NCBI GenBank assembly: GCA_038207335.1
Contig: JBBQZX010000027.1
Coordinates: 1-64,000 of the forward strand
Origin: Chthoniobacterales bacterium
Lineage (GTDB): Bacteria; Verrucomicrobiota; Verrucomicrobiia; Chthoniobacterales; Chthoniobacteraceae
Direction: 5' to 3'
Length of the DNA: 64,000 bases
The notes under the pieces were generated by a model. The model was not told the origin of the DNA. It was given only the letters and a program-made list of their open reading frames with translations, and ran no database searches. Positions 21,609-30,661 of this stretch are shown piece after piece; positions within the stretch are counted from its first letter, which is position 1; every line of letters begins with the position of its first letter. Both the position numbers and the translations under genes were made by a program.

Positions 21609-22061
21609 GTGCCCGCGATTTTCCTCCAAAATCGGCAGCGATCCGTGCGCTTCGATCTCGCGTGGCTGCGGCGCGTGGCGGCGGCCGCGGTGGAGAAATG
21701 TTGCGATGTTTCGGCGGATGGGCGCTTTGCCTTGAAGGCGCTGGATGAGGTGGAAGTCGCGGTCGTTTCCGATCGCACGATCGCGCGGGTGCATCGCGAT
21801 TTCATGGCGATCCCCGGAGCCACGGACGTAATCACTTTCGCCCACGGCGAGATCGTGATGAGCGCGGAGACGGCGCGCGCAAACGCGCGGGAATACGGCC
21901 ATACGGCCGCGGAGGAATTAGCGCTTTACACGGTGCATGGGTTGCTCCACCTGAATGGCTTCGAGGACAAAACTTCGCGGGATGCGATTCGGATGCGACG
22001 CGTCCAGAGCCGCATCCTGCGAGAGTGCCTCGCACAAACTCCCCATCCCCAACGACCATGA
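21609..22061 (+). CDS. ybeY: rRNA maturation RNase YbeY
   Basis: ATDVITF...GEIVMS...HGLLHLNGFED; GTG start just after ccsA. Confidence 0.85.
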   Translation: MPAIFLQNRQRSVRFDLAWLRRVAAAAVEKCCDVSADGRFALKALDEVEVAVVSDRTIARVHRDFMAIPGATDVITFAHGEIVMSAETARANAREYGHTAAEELALYTVHGLLHLNGFEDKTSRDAIRMRRVQSRILRECLAQTPHPQRP

Positions 22062-23065
22062 AATCCCTCCGCCCACATCTCGTCGCATTTTCACTCGCCG
22101 CCCTGCTCGCCGCTCCGCTCGCGCGGGCTCAACAGCAGGACGCGCCGCCTGTCGATACCGCGCAGCTTTTGCAGGCACTGAAGTCGATGCGTGAGCAGCA
22201 GGCCGCGCAGATGAAGGCGCTGCGCCTGAAAGCCGCGAGCGCCGTGCAGAGCGCCGCCGCGAGCGGAGCCGCCGCGGCGGCCGCGTGGGAGGAGGCGGTG
22301 AAGCAGACGCAATTCAACGGTGCGGATCACGAGGCGGCGACGTTCCGCGACTGGAAAGAAAAGGAGGGCGATGCACTCAAAGAGCCGGAGGTGCAAAATG
22401 CTGCTCGGCTGTATTTTGTCTGGCTCGGGATCACGCTCCAGCGCTCGGCCGGTGGGGTGGTGAAAGACATGCTGCCGCAAATCGTGCAATTCACGAAAGA
22501 GGTGACGGCGGATGCGATCGCGATGGACGCGTTTGACGAGAAGATGAAACGGGAGAAAGAGCGCCGCTCCGCGAATGCGAAAGAGAAGGTGAAAGACGAC
22601 GCCGTCGCGCGGCGGATGCACGATCAGATTTTGCGAAAAGGACTCGCGGGATCGCCGCCCGTGCAGGCGATGAAAATCTCGGATTACGTGAACGTCGGGA
22701 AGTGGGAGGGGGCGGCGGGAAATGTGGACGGGATTTTCAACAACATCATCCTGCCCGAGCTGCGGGCTGAGCGCGACCCGCGGCTGCTCGAGTATTGGGA
22801 CATGAAAATCAAGCGCGAGGGCGAGGTTGCCGCGAAGTCGAAGCTGGCGTTCGACTCGGATAAATTCACGCAAGTTCGGCGACCGGAGCTCGCGTGGGCA
22901 AAGGCGCAGGACGAGGCGCTCATCGGACAGCGGAACCGCGCGATCAGTGACATGTTTACGCTCATCAAAAACTATCCTGCGCACCCGAATGCCGCCGAAT
23001 GGATCGGTGGACTCGAGGCGCTGCTCGTGCCGGCGCAGCCTGTGACGCCGGTGCCGGCGCAATAG
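22058..23065 (+). CDS. Hypothetical secreted alpha-helical protein
   Basis: Signal peptide MKSLRPHLVAFSLAALLAAPLARA; good codon usage; ATGA coupling with ybeY. Confidence 0.75.
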   Translation: MKSLRPHLVAFSLAALLAAPLARAQQQDAPPVDTAQLLQALKSMREQQAAQMKALRLKAASAVQSAAASGAAAAAAWEEAVKQTQFNGADHEAATFRDWKEKEGDALKEPEVQNAARLYFVWLGITLQRSAGGVVKDMLPQIVQFTKEVTADAIAMDAFDEKMKREKERRSANAKEKVKDDAVARRMHDQILRKGLAGSPPVQAMKISDYVNVGKWEGAAGNVDGIFNNIILPELRAERDPRLLEYWDMKIKREGEVAAKSKLAFDSDKFTQVRRPELAWAKAQDEALIGQRNRAISDMFTLIKNYPAHPNAAEWIGGLEALLVPAQPVTPVPAQ

Positions 23066-23077
23066 CATTTCCGCACG

Positions 23078-23359
23078 ATGGCGCAGGTCGAACTCGAGGA
23101 CGAAACGGAGACGCGCGAGGACCTCGATGTGCCGTGGATCGTGATCGTCCACAACGACCCGGTGAACCTCATGAGCTATGTCACGCGCGTCTTTCAGCAA
23201 GTCTTCGGATTCGCACGCGCGAAGGCCGAAAAGCACATGCTGGAAGTGCATCAAAAAGGCCGCTCGATCGTGTGGAGCGGGCTGCGCGAGCCGGCGGAAA
23301 ATTACGTGCAGCAGCTCCACAGTCACCTCCTCCTCGCGACACTCGAGCGGCGCGTTTGA
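23078..23359 (+). CDS. clpS: ATP-dependent Clp protease adaptor ClpS
   Basis: WIVIVHNDPVNLMSYV...MLEVHQKGRS. Confidence 0.93.
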   Translation: MAQVELEDETETREDLDVPWIVIVHNDPVNLMSYVTRVFQQVFGFARAKAEKHMLEVHQKGRSIVWSGLREPAENYVQQLHSHLLLATLERRV

Positions 23360-23372
23360 AAAGGAGGGGCGT

Positions 23373-23864
23373 GTGAGAATCCGGCGAATCGACGAGCAGT
23401 CAGTCGCGATCAGCGGGCTCGATGTCTTTTGCTGCGAACTGCTGCACCAGATCGCCGTGAGCGCGGAATCCAACGACCCGAAAGTCCGTGCGAGGCTCTT
23501 CACCTCACCGACTCGCGGCGACGAGGCGGAACTTCAGCGCGACTGGGAAAAATACGTGCATCCTGACCTCCGCCGCATTTTCCAGTCCGCGGTCGAAGTC
23601 GTGAAGAGCGACCTCCGTGATTTTCCGCCCGACGCGCCCGCCGATTTCCACACGCTCACGCTTCCCGTCAGCCATCTCGACGCGTGGATTCACGCGCTGA
23701 ATCAAGCGCGCCTCTCGCTCACCGCGACCCACGATTTTGGCGAAGCCGAGATGGAGCGCCCGATCGCGACGGACGGGGACACCCGCGCCCTGGCCCTCTT
23801 CCAGACGCACTTCTACGGCTTTTTGCTGGAGTGTTTTCTGCGCGAAGTGGACTCCGGCGAGTGA
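23373..23864 (+). CDS. DUF2017-like protein (clpS neighbour)
   Basis: AAGGAGG RBS + GTG; RLF..P...DW..YV.PDL and AW..ALNQARL motifs; position after clpS. Confidence 0.7.
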   Translation: MRIRRIDEQSVAISGLDVFCCELLHQIAVSAESNDPKVRARLFTSPTRGDEAELQRDWEKYVHPDLRRIFQSAVEVVKSDLRDFPPDAPADFHTLTLPVSHLDAWIHALNQARLSLTATHDFGEAEMERPIATDGDTRALALFQTHFYGFLLECFLREVDSGE

Positions 23865-23944
23865 GCCCGCGCCGAGCTTCATCGCGCGAAACTTGTGCTT
23901 GCGCGAAAACGCGCGGCTGCTAGAAATCTCACCCCTTCAAAAAA

Positions 23945-24026
23945 GCTCGGATGGTGAAATTGGCAGACACGTACGTTTGAGGGGCGTATGCCGCAAGGCG
24001 TGGGGGTTCAAGTCCCCCTCCGAGCA
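23945..24026 (+). tRNA. tRNA-Leu(GAG)
   Basis: Acceptor GCTCGGA/TCCGAGC, D arm with GG, anticodon arm TACGT-TTGAGGG-GCGTA, long variable arm GCC-GCAA-GGC, T arm GGGGG-TTCAAGT-CCCCC; CCA not encoded. Confidence 0.96.
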
Positions 24027-24107
24027 CTCTCTCCGCGCGAATCGGCGCTGCCCATGGAGGAAACTGCTCATTGACCCGTCTCACTGCTGTGGCGAAAAGT
24101 CGGCGGC

Positions 24108-25175
24108 GTGAACGGCATGCGCCTCTTCCTACTGCACTGCGTCCGTCGGGTTTTTATTTCGAGCATCGCCATCGCCGGTGGACCTTTGCTGGCAGCGCAG
24201 GACGAGGCGCGCGGGGGATTCGACGTGAAGACGACCGACTCGCGGATCGAGGTCGCGGGCGAGGCGTTGGACTTTGCGATCCCGAAGAGAGGTTACGTCA
24301 CGGGAGTCGCGGCGGGGAGTTTGGTCGATAAAAAGACCGGCTTCCACGATCCGGGATTTGGGCTTGATGTCGTCGATTTTTTGCTCGAGCCGGGGGGCGA
24401 TGCGGCGGACCGCGCGCAGCTCGCGGAGAACATGCGCTACGACGTGGGGAATCTTTTCCACGGACAGCGCGAGAAGCGGATCATCGAGGGGCCGCAGATT
24501 TGCACGCAGGCAAAGACGCTCGCGCCGGAGGTTATTCGCGGCGCGGATTTCCTCGCGGTGAAGCAGAGCTGGAACTTCACCGATGCCGCGCCGGGCAGGA
24601 AAAAGGGCTCGACGTGGGAGCAGACGATCGTCGTCCCGCGCAGCGCGAGATACTTCATCGCGGCGGATCGGATGACGGTGGTGAATGACAGCCCCGCGCT
24701 CGCGTTTCGCCTCGATCTGCCGGGGCACATCCGGCACAGCGGCGGCGACACTTTCAGCGAAATCTACCTCAGCTACCTCGGCCACATCGCGCCGTCAGAG
24801 TTCCTCACCGACTTCGCGCCGGATGCGAAATTCAACTACCGCCGCGACGCCGGCAAAGTGCCCGAGCGCATGATCCGCGCATACCGCCTCCGCGATCCCA
24901 AGACTGGCCGCGACGGCCCGTGGCTCGCGGGCATGACGCTGAACCCCGCGGACGTGAGCGAGGCGTGGTGCCACCAGCGCGGCTACGTGTGCTTCATCGA
25001 GGAAATCGGTGAGCGGTCGATCAAAGCGGGCGCGTCCTTTGGCGCTGCCTACGTCATCGGATACTTCGATTCGATCGAGGAAATGAACGCGGTTTACGAC
25101 CGCTTCAAGGGCAGCAGTATCCTCACGGCGAACGAGAAGGCCTGGAAGCTCACGCCGGAATCTCCGGCGCCCTGA
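24108..25175 (+). CDS. Hypothetical secreted beta-rich protein
   Basis: 355-aa ORF with host-like codon usage and a signal-like N-terminus; no recognisable motif. Confidence 0.7.
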   Translation: MNGMRLFLLHCVRRVFISSIAIAGGPLLAAQDEARGGFDVKTTDSRIEVAGEALDFAIPKRGYVTGVAAGSLVDKKTGFHDPGFGLDVVDFLLEPGGDAADRAQLAENMRYDVGNLFHGQREKRIIEGPQICTQAKTLAPEVIRGADFLAVKQSWNFTDAAPGRKKGSTWEQTIVVPRSARYFIAADRMTVVNDSPALAFRLDLPGHIRHSGGDTFSEIYLSYLGHIAPSEFLTDFAPDAKFNYRRDAGKVPERMIRAYRLRDPKTGRDGPWLAGMTLNPADVSEAWCHQRGYVCFIEEIGERSIKAGASFGAAYVIGYFDSIEEMNAVYDRFKGSSILTANEKAWKLTPESPAP

Positions 25176-25252
25176 GGAGGGGAATAGTTGTCGATCCGTG
25201 CGGAAGGCACATCCCGCTCTCAAGCAATGTCGCTTGTCCCGGATGCCAGTCG

Positions 25253-25705
25253 CTACTTTGCGAGAAGCCCGCGGAGCGCGGGAATGGCGAACCCTTTCAC
25301 CACGACGCTGCGCAACTCCCCAGTCCCCGACTTGAGCGCGAGTTCGTAGCCCTCCGCGCGCAGGAGGTATTGCTCGATCACCGCTCGCTCCGGATCGCCG
25401 ATCCGATACTCACCCACGCCGTGCGCCTGAAAATCCTCAAACTTCACCCCGCGATCCCGTGTCTCGGTCGAATCCGAAAGCACCTCGACGATGAGATCCG
25501 GGATGGAAAACTTAATCGTCTCATTTGCGAACGCCGCCGTCTTCTCCGGCGCAAAAAAAACGACATCCGGCTCGTAATCGTTGCGGGGGAAGACACAGAG
25601 ACATTTCTCCATCTTCACGCCGAGCTTCCTGCTTTCCACATGCGCGCGCAGCAGCGTCGCGATGTTTAACGTCACATCGAGATGCACATATTCGGGGGAG
25701 CCCTC
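25253..25705 (-). pseudogene. Uma2-family (PD-(D/E)xK) endonuclease remnant
   Basis: YEPDVVF, PDLIVEVLSDST..RDRGVKFED; N-terminus missing; EYRIGDP instead of EYWIVDP. Confidence 0.7.
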
Positions 25706-25777
25706 CGCCGGTTGTGGCGGTGGCGTAATTGAACGGAGTTTGTCGCGTTTTTTTGTCGCCCGGCGCCGACTCGCCAT

Positions 25778-25972
25778 CGCTTCGGATTGCCAAAAGAGTT
25801 CTCCGCAAGTGTAGCCGCGGAAAAGTTCATCGTGAAATCCTTGGATGTCCCAGCCGAGCAGCCTCCCGTCGGTCCCCGCATCATCCGGGCACCACCGCGG
25901 ATGATACTACTCGAGTTGATGTAACTCACCGCAGCGCGGGCATTCAACGAATATAGGACGAGGAGGTTGCAT
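25778..25972 (-). pseudogene. Zn-ribbon-like gene fragment with internal stop
   Basis: GGAGAGG RBS + ATG; MQPPRPIFVECPRCGELHQLE*YHPRW...TDG...YTCGELFW; TAG at 25909-25907. Confidence 0.45.
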
Positions 25973-26202
25973 ATGCCTCTCCTACGAACGAGCCGGTTGA
26001 GTTTCTACTCGAACCAAGCGAACTGGGGAAATTCGCGGAATTGAGCGGAAAAGTGGGGCGAGACGATATTTCTTGACCAGATTTTAACCCTTTTCGCGTT
26101 TTCCTTGTGTTTGCGCGGTTCGTGTTCATACCCATCGACGAAGAGCATCACCCAAAAAATTCGGTTGCCGGATGCGCGGATCCTCGTCGCGATGGGAACC
26201 GG

Positions 26203-27333
26203 CTATTTCGCTGGCGTGGGGATGACGGTGACGCCTTCGGTGAGGGCGTCGGAGGGGTTGACGACGACTTTGTCGGTGGGGGTGACGCCGCCGTTGATTT
26301 CGACGGCGGAGCCGAGGTCGCGGCCGAGGGCGACGGTGCGAAAGGTGATTTTGTCGTTCTCGACGAGGGCGACCTGCGGGCCTTCGGCGCGGAAGAGGAT
26401 TGCGTTCGCAGGGAGGGTGAGGAGTGCCTCGGGTCTGGCTTCGGCGAGGCGGACTTGGGCGTAGCTGCCGGCGAGGATTTCGCCTTTCGCATTATCGACT
26501 TCGAGCTCGGTGAGGAGTGTGCGCGTGGCGGCATCGAGCGCGCCGGCGGTGCGGATGAGTTTGGCCTCGAACTTCTCGCCGGGCCGCTCGGGCAGTGTGA
26601 GTTCGGCGGTCTGGCCGACGACGGTGCCGCGCGCGTAGTTTTGCGGGACGCGGACGAAGACGCGCAGCTTGTCGGTCTGCGCGAGGCGGAAGAGTTCCTG
26701 GCCTTCGCCTGCGCTGATGAGCTGGCCGACGTCGAGGTTTCGCGCGGTGATGGTGCCGGCGAATGGCGCGGTGATTTTCGCAAAGGCGGCGACCTGTTCG
26801 AGCCGCTGCACGTTGGCCTTCGCAGCATCGACGGTCGCTTTTTTCAAATCGGCGTCGCCCGCTTTTTCATCCGCCTCCTGCGCGCTCACGGTTTTCCCGG
26901 CGAGCATTTCCTTCCAGCGTTTGGCGGTGGAAATCGCGAGGTCGCGCGCGGCTTCGACCTGCACGAGCTGGGCGCGGGCTTGGGAAAGTTCGCGGTCGGT
27001 GTCCGGCGTATCGAGTTCGGCGAGGAGCTGGCCGGCTTCGACTTTCGCGCCGAGATCGACGAGCCAGCGGCGGACGTAGCCATTCACGCGGGCGAGGATG
27101 GACGCCTCGCTGACGGGCTTTAGCTCGCCTGAGAGAACGAGCGCCGAGCCGACTTTTGCCGGGGTGGGGGAGACGACGGCGACGTTCGGAGCGGCGAGGG
27201 CTTTTGTGTCGTCCGCGACCTGGTGACGAGCGCGCAGGCGAGGTACGAGGCCGATCGCGAGCCCGCCTGCGAGCAGGAGGAAGATGAAGAAGAGGAGGCA
27301 GCCGACGCGCGGCGGTTTCGACGGTGCGTTCAT
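26203..27333 (-). CDS. RND efflux periplasmic adaptor (MFP)
   Basis: ARVNGYV...GAKVEAGQLLAEL, ITAPFAGTIT lipoyl-like halves. Confidence 0.92.
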   Translation of the reverse strand: MNAPSKPPRVGCLLFFIFLLLAGGLAIGLVPRLRARHQVADDTKALAAPNVAVVSPTPAKVGSALVLSGELKPVSEASILARVNGYVRRWLVDLGAKVEAGQLLAELDTPDTDRELSQARAQLVQVEAARDLAISTAKRWKEMLAGKTVSAQEADEKAGDADLKKATVDAAKANVQRLEQVAAFAKITAPFAGTITARNLDVGQLISAGEGQELFRLAQTDKLRVFVRVPQNYARGTVVGQTAELTLPERPGEKFEAKLIRTAGALDAATRTLLTELEVDNAKGEILAGSYAQVRLAEARPEALLTLPANAILFRAEGPQVALVENDKITFRTVALGRDLGSAVEINGGVTPTDKVVVNPSDALTEGVTVIPTPAK

Positions 27334-27339
27334 GGATGA

Positions 27340-30300
27340 TCAGGCGTGCTGGAGCTCGCGCTCGGGCTTGGTTTCGTCCGGGAGTTCCTGCTCGGGCTCG
27401 GGCGGTTTTCCGCGATGGCAGAGGCTGAAGACGACGGGCACGAAGAAGAGCGTGGCCACGGTGGCGAAGAGCAGCCCGCCGATGACGGCGCGGCCGATGG
27501 GGGCGTTTTGCTCGCCACCTTCACCGAGCCCGAGGGACATGGGCAACATGCCGATGATCATCGCGAGCGCGGTCATGAGAACGGCGCGCAGGCGGGTGAC
27601 GCCGGCGTCTTGCGCGGCTGCGGTGGCTGGGATTCCGCCGCGGAAATTCGTGCGGGCAAAGGTGACGACGAGCACGGAATTCGCGGTCGCCACTCCGAGG
27701 CTCATGATCGCGCCCATGAGCGCCGGGACGCTGAGCGAGGTGTGTGTGACCCACAGCGACCAAGCGACGCCCGCGAGCGCGCCGGGCAGCGCGCTGATGA
27801 TGATGAGCGGATCGAGCCAGCTCTGGAAATTCACGACGAGCAGGAGATAGACGAGGACTATGGCGCCCGCGAGGCCCCAGCCGAGGCCGAGGTAGCTGGA
27901 GCGCATGGTCTCGGCCTGGCCGCGGACGAGGAGGAAACTACCGCGCGGCAGGTCTTTTTTCGCGGCGTCGAGGATCGGCTGGATGTCGCGCAGCACGCCG
28001 CCGAGATCGCGCCCGCTCACGCCGCCGAAGACGTCGATGACGGGCAGCACGTCATAATGCGAGATGACCGTCGGGCCTTCTGTGCGCTTGATTTCCGCGA
28101 CGTTCGCGAGAATTTGGCCATTCGCCTCGCCGGCGGTGCCGCCGCTGACCGGCACGCTTTCCAGCGCGCTGATCGAGTCCATCACATGCTCCGGTGCGCG
28201 GATGTTGATCTGGTATTGGATGCCGAGTTTTGGGTTGAGCCAAAAGGTCGGCTGCACCTGGCCGCTGCCGCTCAGCGCGAGCAGGACGGAGTTCGCGACA
28301 TCGCGTTCGGTGAGGCCGAGTTCGATCGACTTTTCGCGGTTTACATCGACGGCGAGATGCGGCAGGTCAGCGGGCTGCTGCACGCGGACATCGACGGCTC
28401 CGGGAACGCTGCGAATTTTATCCGCAAGCCGAGTGGCGATGGCGCGGCAGGCGACCTGATCGCGGCCATACACCTGCACGTCGAATGGCGCGGGCAGGCC
28501 GAGATTCAGCGTCTGGCTGACGATGTCGGCGGCTTGGAAATAGAAGACGATGCCGGGAAAATCGCGGTTCAGGCGGAGGCGGAGCTCGAGGACGTAGTCG
28601 CGCGTGGGGCGGTGGTCGTGCGTGAGCGAGACGAGGATTTCGGCGTCGCCGGTGCCGATGACGCCGCTGTTGCTGTAGCTGAGCGCGATGCCGGAAAAGG
28701 GGATGCCGATGTTGTCGAGAACGCCTTCGATTTCGTGCCGCGGCACGACCTCACGGATCGTCTGCTCGATGCGCTCGACGAGGCGCACGGTTTCCTCGAT
28801 GCGAGTGCCGCTGCGGGCGCGGAGATGGAGGCGGAATTGCCCGCCATCGACCTCGGGGAAAAAGTCCTGACCGAGCTGGGAAACAAGCAGCAGCGAGGCC
28901 AGGCAGAGCGCGAGGAAAACGGCGGCGAACATTTTCCGATGATGCAGAGCCAGCTCCAGGAGGCCGCGATAGCTGTTTTTGAAACGCGTGAAGCCGTGCT
29001 CGAATGCGTGCTGGATGTGGATGAATGGCGCGAAGATTCCGCGCGGCGGCGGCTCGTCGGCATCGTGCTCCTCATCCTCGTGGCTGTGATACGGCGAGTT
29101 GCGGTAAAACCACATGACGAGCGTTGGCACGAGGGTGCGCGAGAGGACGTAGCTCGCGAGCATTGCAAAAACGACGGCCTCCGCGAGCGGCACGAAGAGG
29201 AAACGCGCGACGCCGGTGAGGAAAAACATCGGCACGAAAACGATGCAGATGCAGAGCGTACTGACGAATGCGGGCAGCGCGATTTCCTGCGCGCCGTCGA
29301 GGATGGCGACGAGCAGCGGCTTTCCCATGGCCATCTGGCGATGCACGTTTTCGATCTCGACCGTGGCGTCATCGACGAGGATGCCGACGGCGAGCGCGAG
29401 GCCGCCGAGTGTCATGAGATTGATCGTCTCGCCGAGGGCGCTGAGGCACGCGAGCGAGGCGAGCACGCTGAGCGGAATCGAGAGCGCGATGATGATCGTG
29501 CTGCGCCACGAGCCGATGAAAAGCAGGATCATGATGGCCGTGAGCGCAGCCGCGACGACGCCCTCTTTCAACACGCCGCTGATCGCTGCGCGGACGAAAA
29601 GCGACTGATCGGAGAACTCACGCACCTCAAGATCGGGATCCACGGTCGAGAGCACGCGAGGGAGCTGCTCCTTGATCCGGCGAACGACTTCGAGCGTGGA
29701 GGCCGCGCCGCTTTTCATGATCGTGATGAGCGCGCCGCGCTCGCCGTCGCGCCGCACGACGTTCGTCTGCGGCTCGAATCCGTCGCGCACCTGCGCCACA
29801 TCGCGGAGGTAGATCGTGGTGCCGTTGACGACTTTGACGGGGATGTCGTTGAGGTCGGCGAGCACGGCGGGGCTGCTGTTCACGTCGATCGCGTATTCGG
29901 TGCCGCCGATTTTCGAGGTGCCGCTCGGAAGGATCAAATTTTGCACGTTCACCGCTTCGACGACGTCCTGTGGGCGGAGGTTTTTCGCCTTCAGTGCGGT
30001 GAGGTCGAGATCGACGACGACGGCGCGTTTTCGTCCGCCGTAAGGCCAGGGGATTTGCGCGCCCGGAATGTTCGCGATGCCGACGCGCACTTGATTCAGC
30101 GCGAGGTCGGCGACTTCCTGCTCGCTCAGTTTTTTGCTCGTGAGGCTGTACTGCAGGATCGGGACGGTCGATGCGTTGTAGCGGATGATGAGCGGCGGCG
30201 TCTGGCCCGGCGGCATCTGGCGGAGCAGCGTCTGCGCGACGGCGGTGAGCTGGGCGACCGCGCCATCGACGCTCGCGCCGGGCTGGAGGAAGACCTTGAT

Positions 30301-30573
30301 GATTCCAACTCCCGCGAAGCTCGTGGACTCGACGTGCTCGATGTCATTGACCGTGGCTGAGAGCGCGCGCTCGTGGTTGAAAAGGATGCGCTGCTCGATG
30401 CCTTTCGAGTCCATGCCGGCGTACTGCCAGATGATGGAGACTACCGGGATATTGATGGAGGGGAAGATGTCCGTCGGTGTCTTCAGCAGGACGTAGGGCG
30501 TCAGCAAAAGGAGGACGAGCGAGGCGACGATAAAAGTGAGAGGCCGGCGCAGGGCCAGGCGGACGATCCACAT
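27340..30573 (-). CDS. RND efflux permease (AcrB/AcrD/AcrF family)
   Basis: 1077 aa; GILVDDATVEIEN, RLRAVLMT, two TM clusters. Confidence 0.95.
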   Translation of the reverse strand: MWIVRLALRRPLTFIVASLVLLLLTPYVLLKTPTDIFPSINIPVVSIIWQYAGMDSKGIEQRILFNHERALSATVNDIEHVESTSFAGVGIIKVFLQPGASVDGAVAQLTAVAQTLLRQMPPGQTPPLIIRYNASTVPILQYSLTSKKLSEQEVADLALNQVRVGIANIPGAQIPWPYGGRKRAVVVDLDLTALKAKNLRPQDVVEAVNVQNLILPSGTSKIGGTEYAIDVNSSPAVLADLNDIPVKVVNGTTIYLRDVAQVRDGFEPQTNVVRRDGERGALITIMKSGAASTLEVVRRIKEQLPRVLSTVDPDLEVREFSDQSLFVRAAISGVLKEGVVAAALTAIMILLFIGSWRSTIIIALSIPLSVLASLACLSALGETINLMTLGGLALAVGILVDDATVEIENVHRQMAMGKPLLVAILDGAQEIALPAFVSTLCICIVFVPMFFLTGVARFLFVPLAEAVVFAMLASYVLSRTLVPTLVMWFYRNSPYHSHEDEEHDADEPPPRGIFAPFIHIQHAFEHGFTRFKNSYRGLLELALHHRKMFAAVFLALCLASLLLVSQLGQDFFPEVDGGQFRLHLRARSGTRIEETVRLVERIEQTIREVVPRHEIEGVLDNIGIPFSGIALSYSNSGVIGTGDAEILVSLTHDHRPTRDYVLELRLRLNRDFPGIVFYFQAADIVSQTLNLGLPAPFDVQVYGRDQVACRAIATRLADKIRSVPGAVDVRVQQPADLPHLAVDVNREKSIELGLTERDVANSVLLALSGSGQVQPTFWLNPKLGIQYQINIRAPEHVMDSISALESVPVSGGTAGEANGQILANVAEIKRTEGPTVISHYDVLPVIDVFGGVSGRDLGGVLRDIQPILDAAKKDLPRGSFLLVRGQAETMRSSYLGLGWGLAGAIVLVYLLLVVNFQSWLDPLIIISALPGALAGVAWSLWVTHTSLSVPALMGAIMSLGVATANSVLVVTFARTNFRGGIPATAAAQDAGVTRLRAVLMTALAMIIGMLPMSLGLGEGGEQNAPIGRAVIGGLLFATVATLFFVPVVFSLCHRGKPPEPEQELPDETKPERELQHA

Positions 30574-30623
30574 GCGAGTCTGTCAGATGAATCGCGTAGT
30601 CTCGCGCGATGGCTGCCTCTGCG

Positions 30624-30660
30624 CTTGGACGCGCTTGCTCGGAAGTAAGGACGTTCTTGC
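30624..30660 (-). promoter_or_regulatory. Putative tandem AraC-family binding sites upstream of the RND permease
   Basis: Minus strand: GCAAGAACGTCC and GCAAGCGCGTCC direct repeats 22 bp apart. Confidence 0.5.
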
Positions 30661-30661
30661 G

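Noticed and set aside
21930..21970. YbeY third His replaced (HGLLHLNGFED)
   Set aside because: An Asp at this position is, to my knowledge, a common variant in several phyla, so it is not evidence of inactivation.
23945..26200. Integrative element at tRNA-Leu
   Set aside because: I found no integrase and no duplicated tRNA 3' end (att site) downstream.
27346..30360. 1004-aa + strand ORF, and similar long antisense ORFs (643-1743, 9207-10544, 15266-16843, 33235-34959, 55868-57640)
   Set aside because: These are antisense shadows of well-supported genes. Such shadows are expected in high-GC DNA with strong codon bias, and they carry no protein motifs.
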